A DNA stretch of 64,000 nucleotides from an uncultured Thermoleophilia bacterium (GTDB lineage: Bacteria; Actinomycetota; Thermoleophilia; UBA2241), in assembly GCA_963715985.1 (NCBI GenBank), contig CAVQSP010000015.1:96001-160000 (forward strand), written 5' to 3'. The notes below the pieces were generated by a model. That model ran no database searches. It was not told the DNA's origin and saw only the letters and a program-made list of their open reading frames with translations. A program made the position numbers and the translations under genes. Below are positions 1 through 9,690 of the stretch, one piece after another. Each line of letters opens with the position of its first letter. The first letter of the stretch is position 1.

Positions 1-609
1 GCCGACGCCGTCCTGCTCCTCAACTCGGACGCCGAGATGGCCCCCGACGCCCTCGGCTGTCTGCTCGAGGAGCTGGAGCTTGACCCTTGCATCGGCGCCG
101 CGGGTCCCCTGCTCGTGGGCACGGACGGCCGCATCCAGTACGAAGGCGGGCGGCGGGACCCGACGCTGGCCGGTGAGTTCGGCAACATCACCCACCTGAA
201 CATGCGGCTGCCTCACAGCGCCCTCGGCCGCTACCTCATGAACGACTGGGACCACCGCTCCACCCGGGACGTCGACGTGGTGTCCGGAGCTTGTCTGCTC
301 GTGCGCCGCGCGGCGCTCGGCGGGCGCCTGTTCAGCGAGGGCTTCTTCATGTACGCGGAAGACGTGGAACTCTGCCAGCGCCTGCGGGCCGCCGGCTGGC
401 GCATCCGCTACGTGAGCGCGGCGGAGGTGGTCCATCACGGCGGCGCCACGTCGCGGCGGGCACGCACGAGGATGCGTGTGGCGGGCGTGGTCAGCATGGC
501 CCAGCTCTTCCGGCGCACGCACGGCTCCCTCTACGCGGCCGCCTACACGGCCATGGTGCCTGTCGCCTGGCCCCTCGGGGCCGTCGTCCGCAGGGTGTGG
601 CCGCAGTGA
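1..609 (+). CDS. GT2 family glycosyltransferase, 5' partial
   Basis: Frame is open from the window edge (ADAVLLLNSDA, DxD-like); motifs VSGACLLVRR and FFMYAEDVELC. Confidence 0.85.
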   Translation, partial: ADAVLLLNSDAEMAPDALGCLLEELELDPCIGAAGPLLVGTDGRIQYEGGRRDPTLAGEFGNITHLNMRLPHSALGRYLMNDWDHRSTRDVDVVSGACLLVRRAALGGRLFSEGFFMYAEDVELCQRLRAAGWRIRYVSAAEVVHHGGATSRRARTRMRVAGVVSMAQLFRRTHGSLYAAAYTAMVPVAWPLGAVVRRVWPQ

Positions 610-1750
610 GCGGCCGGCGCCTGCGCGTCCTGCTCGTCGCCGCCGCCGGCAGTACCACGGGCGGCGGCGAGAAGCACGTCGCCGACCTCCTCTCTGACCT
701 GCCGCGGCACGGAGTCGACGTGGCGCTGGTGTGCCCGCACGAGGGCGACCTCGCCGGCCGCGCGCGCGCTCTGGGAGTGCCCGTCTTCACCGCGCCCATC
801 GACGCCGGCTTCTCGCCGGCCAAGCTGCGCGCGGTGCATGCCGCGATAGCGGCCTGTTCCCCGACGTGGTGCACGCGCACGGGTCGCGAGCCGCGACCTT
901 CGCCCGGCTCGCCGACCCTCAGGCCCGCCGGCGCGTCGTGTATCACGTGCACGGCGTCCACGTCGACAGGGCGGGATCCGCCGCCCGGCGCACCGCCCTC
1001 CTCGCGCTGGAGCGCTCGCTGAGGCCGCGCACGGCCCGCTTCGTCACCGTGTGCCACGCGGACGCGGCGCGCGGCTCACGTCTCGGATCGCTGTCGCCGG
1101 CGCGCACGCGCACCGTGCACAACGGCATCGCCTGGCCTCCGCCGCCGGCGATCGCCGGACGCTTTCGCGCCGAGCTGGGCGTCGATCCCGCGGCGCCCTC
1201 GTCCTCTCCGTCGGCCGCTTCCACGAGCAGAAGGACCAGACGACGCTGCTCCGCGCCTGGCGTCGCGTGGCGGACTCACAGCCTGACGCCGTGCTTGCTC
1301 TCGTGGGCTCCGGCGGCCTCGACGGTATGCTGCGCGAGCTCGCGGCCGCTCTGGGCATCGCGGGCAGCGTCCGGCTTCGTCGCCCCCCGCCCCGGCCTGG
1401 CGGAGGCCTACGCGGACGCCGACGTCTTCGCGCTCTCATCGCGCTGGGAGGGGCTCCCCTACGTGCTCCTCGAGGCCATGGCCCACGGCCTCCCGGTCGT
1501 GAGCACCGCGGTGGACGGCGTGCCCGAGGCCGTCACGGATGGCGGCACTGGCGTGCTGGTGCCGCCGGGGGACACGGATGCCTTCGGCCGCGCGCTCGAG
1601 TCGCTGCTCGCCGACCCGCAGCGCCGGCACAGGCTCGGCGAAGCCGGTAGGCAGCGGGTCTCCGGCGCCTTCGCGCTCGAGAGGATGGTCGACGAGCTGG
1701 TCGCCGTCTACCGGGACGTCGCGCGTGGGCGCGCCTCGGCGCGCGTCTGA
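606..1750 (+). CDS. GT4 (GT-B) glycosyltransferase, frameshifted in this assembly
   Basis: GTG overlaps the upstream TGA; motifs GGGEKHV, VVHAHG, VGRFHEQKD and SRWEGLPYVLLEAMAHG are spread over different frames. Confidence 0.85.
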
Positions 1751-1801
1751 ACGGCGTCGCGGCGCAGGTGGGCCACCCGGCGCCGAGCCCGACTCGCCTG
1801 G

Positions 1802-2760
1802 CTAGCGAAGTCCTCTGCGGCGCAGAGCGTCGCCCACGCGACGCAGTGGTTCTGTGATCCTCCACGACGTGCTCTGCCGCATGGCCCGCAGCGAGCGCTC
1901 CAGATCCGCGATCCTCGCGCTCTCGTACGTGCTCCCCGCGTGCCCCGCACCCGCCGTCGTCCCCGTCCGCGACGGTGGCGGGAACCCGTCCTCCAGGAAC
2001 GTCCGGCCCGCTGTCAGGTAGCCTGACGACAGCTCGAAGTCGGCCGGCACGGCGGCCGACTCCCCTCTGTGGACCACGATGAACGCCGAGCTGACCTCGA
2101 CGGACTCCACGAGGTCGCCGCGCGAGGCGCTGAGCATGGCGAGCTCGAGAGCGATGCTCGTGAGAGCCGGCCTGTCCCGCCACGGCCCGCCGTCTTCCTG
2201 CCAACTGCCCGGCCAGTGCGCCCACGCCCAGTCCTCGATGATGTACGTGCCGCCGGGCCGCAGGTAGGGGAAGGTGGTGCTGAAGAGGGCCCGCGTCTCG
2301 TGCAGGTAGTGGCAGCCGTCGTCCACGATGAGGTCGATGGGCTCGCCGGAGAAGTGCTCGTCCACGGCCCGCAGCATCGCCTGCCGGTCGCTCTGGTCCA
2401 CGCCGTAGACGGCCCGCACCCTGTCCGCGCCGTGGATGCGTCGCACGTACTCTGTGAGTGCCGGGATCGGGGCGGCGACGATGTCCACGGCGACCAGCCG
2501 CTGCGGGTGCCAGAGCTCCTCGAAGAAGGCGACGCTGCCGCCCTTGAAGATGCCGACCTCGAGCACGGTCCGGGAGGGCGCGGCGCGAAACGACTCGCGT
2601 ACCACTCGATCATGGCCGGGGACTTCATCAGCACGAAGCGATCCGGCGTGGAGTCGAGATCGTGGCTGCGCTCATCGAACACGGCCGCGAAGGTGGTGCC
2701 GGCCGCCTGCAGCGTCGTCTCGTCGACCCAGGCGAGCCCGGCGGCCTGCAGGTCGCTCAT
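1802..2760 (-). CDS. Class I SAM-dependent methyltransferase, one frameshift near 2590
   Basis: VLEVGIFKGGS, DLIVDDGCH, LRPGGTYIIEDW; C-terminal short coiled coil followed by STSWRITEPLR. Confidence 0.8.
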
Positions 2761-2874
2761 GTGTGCGCTCGGCTCTCGGCGAGCATGCCCTTCGGCTCGG
2801 TCATCCCGGCCCTCCCCGTGATCCATCCTTGACCCACACGGATCGGCGTCGTGTCCTCGCGCCGGCGCGCGACC

Positions 2875-3743
2875 TCATGGCACGCGCAGCGACGGCGCCG
2901 TGCAGCAGGCCTGGACGCTGACGCACACGCGCATGGGGAACTCGCGTAGGGTACCCCGGCGCGCCAGCGGTTGTGACTCTCGGCCGAAAGGTAGTACGTC
3001 TCCGTGTCGCGGGCCATGCCCTCCATCACGCCGCCAGCTCAGCCCCAAAAGCTCCGATGCCGGATTTCCCGGCCATCAGGCTCGAGCCTCCGCGGTGCTC
3101 GCCGTCACCCGGCCACGGTGGACGTGGTCCACGGCGTGGAGGCAGAGCCCGTCGGGCTTCGGAACCGCGAATACCCGCGAAGACGCCGCCGATCGCGGGA
3201 GGGGAACGTGCTCAAGCACGGAGATGGAATAAATGCAGTCGAAGAGCCTGGCGGAGTGGCCGGAGAAGATGCGGTCGAGGTGCGCCCGAACGAAGCTCAT
3301 ACCCCGCGTAGAGCCGGCGTGAACTTCGCGAAGTCGCTCGGGCCGTTGCCCAAACCATCGTAGGGGTCGACGACGGAGACCTCGTAGCCGAGGCGGCGGA
3401 GGAGATCGGCGACGAGGGGCTCGCCCGCGATTTCAGGAGGCGGCCACCCGCGCGCCCACGGTGGCGAGAATGGCCTTGAGCAGCAAGGCCGCTGGAGGTC
3501 TTTCAGGTCGCCGGGACGCCGTGGCCAAGGGGCCGAGGTGGTCGTAGCTGTCGCAATAGTCGCGGACCGTGGCGTAGCTCAGCGGCGCGACCGCGAGGCG
3601 CGATAGCGGTCCGCGCCGAGCGCGGGTGCCGTCGTGAACCAACTGGTCTTGGCCTGATCGCCGGACCTCCATAGGAGGGACTCCTTGGACGGTCGCCTCC
3701 CCGGCGCGGCGCGAACCATGCCTCGACGAGAGCGTCCTATCAT
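2875..3743 (-). CDS. Class I SAM-dependent methyltransferase, multiple frameshifts
   Basis: Fragments in alternating frames: EI(A)GEPLVADLLRRLGYEVSVVDPYDG, FDCIYSISVLEHVP, KPDGLCLHAVD; boundaries approximate. Confidence 0.6.
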
Positions 3744-6073
3744 CGGTCGGTGATAGCAAATCCGCGCGCCACCAGTGGGCGGCGATGCCCCTGCAGAGGC
3801 CACCGTCGGGTGGCCTCCAGCCGGGTGTTTGCCTGGTCCGGCAGGCTCCAGATGGGTGCCCTCCCCCCACTCGTTCCAGGCGTTCATGAAGACCAGCGGC
3901 TCCTGGGCCGTCGCCCTCGCCGGCGCCCTCTCGGACCTGAACCGTTCGAGCCAGGGCTCGTAGGCCGCAGGCGAAGACCGGACGCAGATGTGCGCTTCTC
4001 AGTCCCCCGGGCGTGTTATCCCACGACGGCATGACGCCGGGGTAGCGGGTATACGGCGGTGCGGTGGGCGACTGGTTTGTGCGGCCAGTGTCGTAGTCCT
4101 CGAGGTGGCCCGCGAAGTCGGGATCGATCCGGGGATCACTGTCTGGGGTCGAGGAGCGCGCGCTCGATGTCCGGCGGGAAGTCGACGGCGGCGTCGAACC
4201 CGAACGGGCGAGGATCGCCGATGCCGAAGCTCTGGACGGCCGCAAGATGGATATCGGGGATACCTTCCTCGGGCGCAGACTGCGCCGCCACAGGCGCGCC
4301 GCGCCGGCCGCGACAGGAGAAGGTCCACCCGGTATACCAGCAGGAGCGGGCGCGCCCCCGACCGGATGTACCTCGGGTCATCGAGGAACGGGACAACTCC
4401 CGGATGAAGCGTTCGGCGTAGCCCTCCGAGTAGTCCTGCCCCATCAGGATCTCGTCCTCGGACCCGTCCCAGCGCCGCGTCCAGTTCTCGTTGGCCCAGC
4501 AGAGGCAGAACGGAAAGTCGGGCCGGCCCCTGGCCAGCAGCTGGTCGACCGGCATCTCGAGCAGTCGACGCCCGTCGAACCAGTAGTAGTAGAAGCAGAA
4601 CCCGTGGATGCCGTAGGCCTTCGCCAGGTCGGCCTGCTGCTCCATGACCTCCGGGCGCGCAGGTCGTAGTACCCGAGATCCGCCGGTATGCGTGGCTGGT
4701 AGTGACCGACGAAGTTGGGAGTGGCCGTCCCACGTTCGCCACTCGGTGAATCCCGCTCCCCACCACAGGTCGTTCTCGGGGATGGGGTGGTACTGGGGCA
4801 GGTAGAAGGCGATCAGCTTGGGGAGCCGCACGGTGTCCGGAGCAGGCACGCTGGTGCGGGGCGCGACGCCGGCAGCGCCGGGCGCCGTGAACCCTGCCGG
4901 CGCCTCCGCCTGCGGCCTGGCCCCCAGCAGCACCTCGTAGAAGTCCTTGATGCGCGCCACGTGGCCGGCCACGTCAGCTCACGCAGCGCGAACGCACGGC
5001 CGCCCGCGCCGATGCGCCGCCTGCGCTCGGGGTCGCCGAGCAGCGGCTCGACCTTGGCCGCGATCTCGAGGCCGTGACCTTCCTCGAGGAGCACGCACTC
5101 CACATCGTCGCGCAGGAAGCGGCCGATGTTCGTCCGAGGGAGGACGACGGGCTTACCCGAGGCGAGGAACTCGGGGAGCTTGGACGGCAAGCGGAAGTCG
5201 TTGAAGTCGCCGGCGTGTCCGGGCTGGACCAGCACGTCCGCGGCCGCGACGAGCCTGGGGATCTCGTCCCTGGCGCAGAACCCGAGGTCTACACGGCGCC
5301 CTGCGCCTTGGCTTCCTCGAAGTACGGGATGTCGATGTCGTTGCGGCCGGTCTTGACCAGCACCACCGGGTGGCCGCGTCGTCGCAGGGCCGCGATACCG
5401 ACAACCAGGCTGCGGAACTCGGCCACGTTGGAGCGGTGGACGTTGCCGGTATACGCCGCGATACGTCCGCCTCACCCACCCCGAGGCGGCGGCGGAAGCC
5501 GGGCTCCGGCCGCGCCTCCGCGAACCCGGCGTCGAACCCCGCCCAGAACACCAGGCCGGGCACTTCCGGCGGCTTGAACTCGAGCAGGCGGTCCATGAGC
5601 GCGGTCACACCGGCGGCCCGGGCGAGGAACTCCGGGTAGTGGGTGGGGTGAGAGCGATGGGCCGCCACGAGGCGGTCGATCACGGGGCGCGGTAGCCTGC
5701 CGAGTTCGGCAAAGCTCGCTCCCCCCAGTTCGTCTTCTACGATGATCTCCTCGTTGTCCTCCAGGTGGACCACGTAGGGGATGCCGTGGCGGCTCGCCAG
5801 GGCCTCCGTGAGCGTGCGCACCAGCTCCCGCGGCGTCCACGCGTGGACGAGGTCGGGCCCGCGCCCGTCGGAGAAGACGATGGGGCCTCGCGCCGCGTCG
5901 TCGTGGTGCAGCAGGCGGAAGCGGGGCTTGCCGTGAGAGCGCACGGTGGAGGGGTCGTTGGGCACGCACACGACGCACTCCACGCCGAGAGCCTGGAGCT
6001 CGTTGGCGACGCTGAACACGTGCATGGCGCTGTTGCCCAGGAAGTCGCAATGGCTGACGAGGACGACGTTCAT
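3740..6073 (-). CDS. GT4 glycosyltransferase fused to a WbsX/GH99-like domain, frameshifted
   Basis: N-terminal part: ADVLVQPG, FRLPSKLPEFLASGKPVV. C-terminal part: IAFYLPQYHPIPENDLWWGAGFTEW, GFCFYYYWFDG, CWANENWTRRWDG, PSWDNT, NAWNEWGEG. 3' end approximate. Confidence 0.8.
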
Positions 6074-9000
6074 GCCCCAGCCCCCACGTCGTCCGGTGCG
6101 TCGCCGTGCCAGTACGGGTCGCCACGCGCGATCAGCGGCTCCCAGGCGTCGAGCAGCAGGAGCCGGTCCAGCGCCGCAGCCTCGCTCTCGGGCGCAGCCG
6201 CCACGCGGTGACGCACCGTGACCCGAGGCGTGCACAGGTTGCGGTGGCCCGCGGAGAGGGCGCGGATCGACAAGTCGACGGCCTGCCAGTACTCCGTGGC
6301 GAAGTACTCGTTCAGCCCTCCGAGCTGGTCCAGCGTCTCGCGCGTCACAGCCAGGCAAGAACCGGACACGGCGGTCACTTCACGCACGCACGCGAGCGAC
6401 CCTGCGTAGCCGTCCGAGCCGAGTCGCCCCCCGCACATCGCCGGGCCGACCCCTCCATCGGCGGTCAGGTGGAGCCCCGCGCTCGAGACTCTGCCGTCAG
6501 GCGCGAGGACCACGGGAGTGACGCAGGCCACGCCCGGCAGCTCGCAGTCGAAGAGCAGGTGCTCCAGCCAGTCCGGCGTCTCGACCTCGAGGTCGCCGGC
6601 AAGAGAGACGATCAGCCGGCCCGTCGCCCGCTCGAGTCCGGCGCGCGCGGCCGCTCCGCCTCGCGCGCCCGCGGCGACCGCGACGACGCCCTGCTCTTGC
6701 AGACGCCGGACGACGGCCTCCGGCAGGTCGCCCCCAGCGACGATGACCTCGCGGTCCGGATAGCTGCCGCCCGAGAGGATCCGCTCGAGGCACGCATCGA
6801 GATGGGTCTCGGCGCCTGCCGCCCTGACGACGACGCTCACCCGCGGAAGGTCGCTCCGCGGCCGCGGCGCGATGAGCAGGCGGTGCGCGAGACCGGGGTT
6901 CGAGCGCGCCTCGCCGGGCACCCCACAACGGGCGAGGTGCGCGTTCACGGCGGCCGCCTGTCTGGGCTCGATGTCCTGCTTCACGTCGGCGTGAGTGGCG
7001 ACGCTGCCGGGGATCATGCGCCAGTGATAGAGGACCTTGGGCACGTGCGCGATACGGTCCGTCCGCTCGGCCACACGCAGCATGAACTCGAAGTCCTGGA
7101 CGTTGTCGAACGCGGGATCGAACCCGCCGGCTGCCCGGGCCAGCGTCGTCCGCACCACGAGGAGGTGTCCGACATACATCACGCCCCTCAACATCTCGAG
7201 CGACCAGTCCGGCTTGCGGAACACCTCTGCGAAGGCGCCGTCGGCCGAGATGGAGTCCTGGTCCGTGTAGACGGCGTCCACCGCCGGGTCGGCGTTCAGC
7301 ACTTTGACCACGTCGAGCAACGCTCCCGGCGACAGCTCGTCGTCGTGATCCAGCATGGCGACGTACTCGCCGCGGGCCGTCGCGAGCGCCGCGTTCGTCG
7401 CCGCCGCGATGCCTGCGTTGTCCTCCAGGCGCACGACACGGATGCGCGGGTCGCGCCGCTCCAACTCTGCGACGGCGGCGCGCGTCTCCGCCTTGCTCGA
7501 GCCGTCGTCGCACACGCAGAGCTCCCACTCCTGGTACGCCTGCGCCATGACCGACTCCACGGCCAGCTGCAGGTAGTCGGCCGGCGTGTCGTAGACGGGC
7601 AGCAGGATCGAGACCGTGGGCCTATACGCGAGACCGACGGCCTCCGCCGCCATGAGCAGCGGGTCCGCGAGGCTCTCCACGCGCCTGGGAGCGGAGCGCC
7701 CGCGCGCGCGGAGCGCGATCAGCCCCGGTGCGAACCTCCTCGCCAGCTTGCCGGCCTCGCGGCGCACGCGGCCGCTGCGGGCGCTGCGAGACAGACGCTC
7801 CACCTGGCGGCCGGCCACGCGCACCGGCGAGCTCACCCGCCACGACGTGGACGCGTGCACCTCGCCGAGCTGCCGCGTCAGCGCCGAGACCTCCCCGCGC
7901 AGGCGCACGACCGCCGCCTCAGCTTCCAGCCGTGCTGCTCGCTGCTCCGCAAGCCCCTTCTCCGCTCGCTCCTGCTCCCACGTGATGAAGCGGTCGAAGA
8001 CATTGGGCTGGACGGCCAGCACGCGCGCCAGCTCGGCGTGCTCCCGGGCGACGTAGTAGCGGTTCAGGCCGTCGAAGTGGGCGTACTGGTAGTCGCGCGC
8101 CAACAGCTCGGCCTCCCAGTCCTCGTGACTCTCGGTCTGCGTGTTGGGGAGCGTCGCCTTGATCACCAGGATCCACGGCCGCCAGCGTGAGAGGTCCATG
8201 CCACCGAGGACGTCGGCCTCTGCGCCCTCCACGTCGATCTTGAGGAAGTGGACCTCCCCGACTGCGTGCTCCTCGCAGATCCGGGCGAGCGTCGTCATCG
8301 GGACCGCGAGCACCTCGACCTCGAGCCCTTGCGCCCGGTACTCCGCGGCAAGGCGCTCGTCGGAGGTCGCATAACCCCGCCTGTCGGGGAGATCGAAGAG
8401 CGTCAGGATGCCTTCGCGAGTGCCCGCCGCAACGGCCAGATTCATGTCCCGCGGCCGCCTCTCCACGAAGCTCGCGTGACCTGCCGGCACGGGCTCCACG
8501 TTGATCCCGTGCCAGCCTGCGTCGTAGAAGGCCCTGGTGACCGAGATCTCGTCCGGGTCGCTTGCTCCCACGTCGATGTAGAAGCCGTCCTGGACGTCCT
8601 TGAGCGCACGCCACAGGAGGACGTCCTCGCAGTTCTGGGCATGAGAGACGAAGGGCACGGGATGATGATAGGGAACACGGGCTATGCGGTCGACCTCGGC
8701 GGCCCGGGAGCCCAGGTCGAAGGGGCCGGGCCCGTCCAGGCTCGCAAGGCGAGCGACGAGGACGCCGTCGAAGGCGAACGTCTCGTTGTCGACGTCGGCG
8801 GATGCGATGATGGTGTAGCCGCGGGCTTCGAGGAACTGCCGGCACTCGAGATGCAGCTGCTGGCTGTGGGTGCCTATGAACCAGTAGCCGATCCGCCCCG
8901 CCGCCATGGTGTCCTCGGCGCCGCTCAGCATCTCGAGCTCGGCGCCCTGCACGTCGGCGTGCAGGACATCGACGAAGTCGATGCCCTTCTCGATCACAAA

Positions 9001-9507
9001 ATCGTCCACGCGCAGTCCCCCGCCACCGACCGCCGCCTGCGTGAAGTCGCCCTGCAATCCGTTGCGCTCGAAGTTGAGCAGGCCTGCCTCGAGGTTGTGG
9101 TCGTCCGGCTCCACGCAGAACACTCGAGAGCCGGGTACAGCCCTCAGGAACCACATCGAGTAGAAGGCCCAGTACGAGCCGAGCTCGATCATGGTGGCGC
9201 CGGCGGGGATGTGCTGGAGCACCTCCATGAACACGCGTTCTTCCTGGGGCTCATGGACCCCGCGATTCAGCTCGAGGATGCGGGCGAACTCGCCGTAGTA
9301 CGCGTACTCCCCCACGGCCACCTCGAGACCGTTGTGCATGGTCACGAAGCCGCCGGCGACCGTGCCGGCCGCCGGCACGCGAGGGATGGCCTCGTTGTTG
9401 GGGTCGGCCAGGATCTCGCGGAACCGGCCTTCGAAGTCGTCAGGCGCCGTCGCGCACAACGGTGAGCACCTCCCGCCGGGCGCGCTCATGCACGCCGGCC
9501 ACGCCAC
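6070..9507 (-). CDS. Multidomain protein: two FkbM-type methyltransferases, coiled coil, two GT2 domains
   Basis: IELGSYWAFY...HADVQGAE; YIDVGASDP...LKIDVEGAE; VSILLPVYDT...LDHDDEL; second GT2 with AVSGSCLAV. Confidence 0.9.
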   Translation of the reverse strand: MAWPACMSAPGGRCSPLCATAPDDFEGRFREILADPNNEAIPRVPAAGTVAGGFVTMHNGLEVAVGEYAYYGEFARILELNRGVHEPQEERVFMEVLQHIPAGATMIELGSYWAFYSMWFLRAVPGSRVFCVEPDDHNLEAGLLNFERNGLQGDFTQAAVGGGGLRVDDFVIEKGIDFVDVLHADVQGAELEMLSGAEDTMAAGRIGYWFIGTHSQQLHLECRQFLEARGYTIIASADVDNETFAFDGVLVARLASLDGPGPFDLGSRAAEVDRIARVPYHHPVPFVSHAQNCEDVLLWRALKDVQDGFYIDVGASDPDEISVTRAFYDAGWHGINVEPVPAGHASFVERRPRDMNLAVAAGTREGILTLFDLPDRRGYATSDERLAAEYRAQGLEVEVLAVPMTTLARICEEHAVGEVHFLKIDVEGAEADVLGGMDLSRWRPWILVIKATLPNTQTESHEDWEAELLARDYQYAHFDGLNRYYVAREHAELARVLAVQPNVFDRFITWEQERAEKGLAEQRAARLEAEAAVVRLRGEVSALTRQLGEVHASTSWRVSSPVRVAGRQVERLSRSARSGRVRREAGKLARRFAPGLIALRARGRSAPRRVESLADPLLMAAEAVGLAYRPTVSILLPVYDTPADYLQLAVESVMAQAYQEWELCVCDDGSSKAETRAAVAELERRDPRIRVVRLEDNAGIAAATNAALATARGEYVAMLDHDDELSPGALLDVVKVLNADPAVDAVYTDQDSISADGAFAEVFRKPDWSLEMLRGVMYVGHLLVVRTTLARAAGGFDPAFDNVQDFEFMLRVAERTDRIAHVPKVLYHWRMIPGSVATHADVKQDIEPRQAAAVNAHLARCGVPGEARSNPGLAHRLLIAPRPRSDLPRVSVVVRAAGAETHLDACLERILSGGSYPDREVIVAGGDLPEAVVRRLQEQGVVAVAAGARGGAAARAGLERATGRLIVSLAGDLEVETPDWLEHLLFDCELPGVACVTPVVLAPDGRVSSAGLHLTADGGVGPAMCGGRLGSDGYAGSLACVREVTAVSGSCLAVTRETLDQLGGLNEYFATEYWQAVDLSIRALSAGHRNLCTPRVTVRHRVAAAPESEAAALDRLLLLDAWEPLIARGDPYWHGDAPDDVGAGA

Positions 9508-9690
9508 AGGACCACGGAGTGGAAAGCTTAGCTTACGGAGTCATCGCAAGACAGCACACAGGCAGCGGGTCTGCGACGGCCGCCTCGAGCCGAATCAGAC
9601 TGGCGCGGGCCGCGAGGGCCTTGGCCGACGCAGCTCGTCCGCGACCCCTGCGCGGCGCAGTCCCGATCCCGGGCGAGAACGTCCGCCAGG

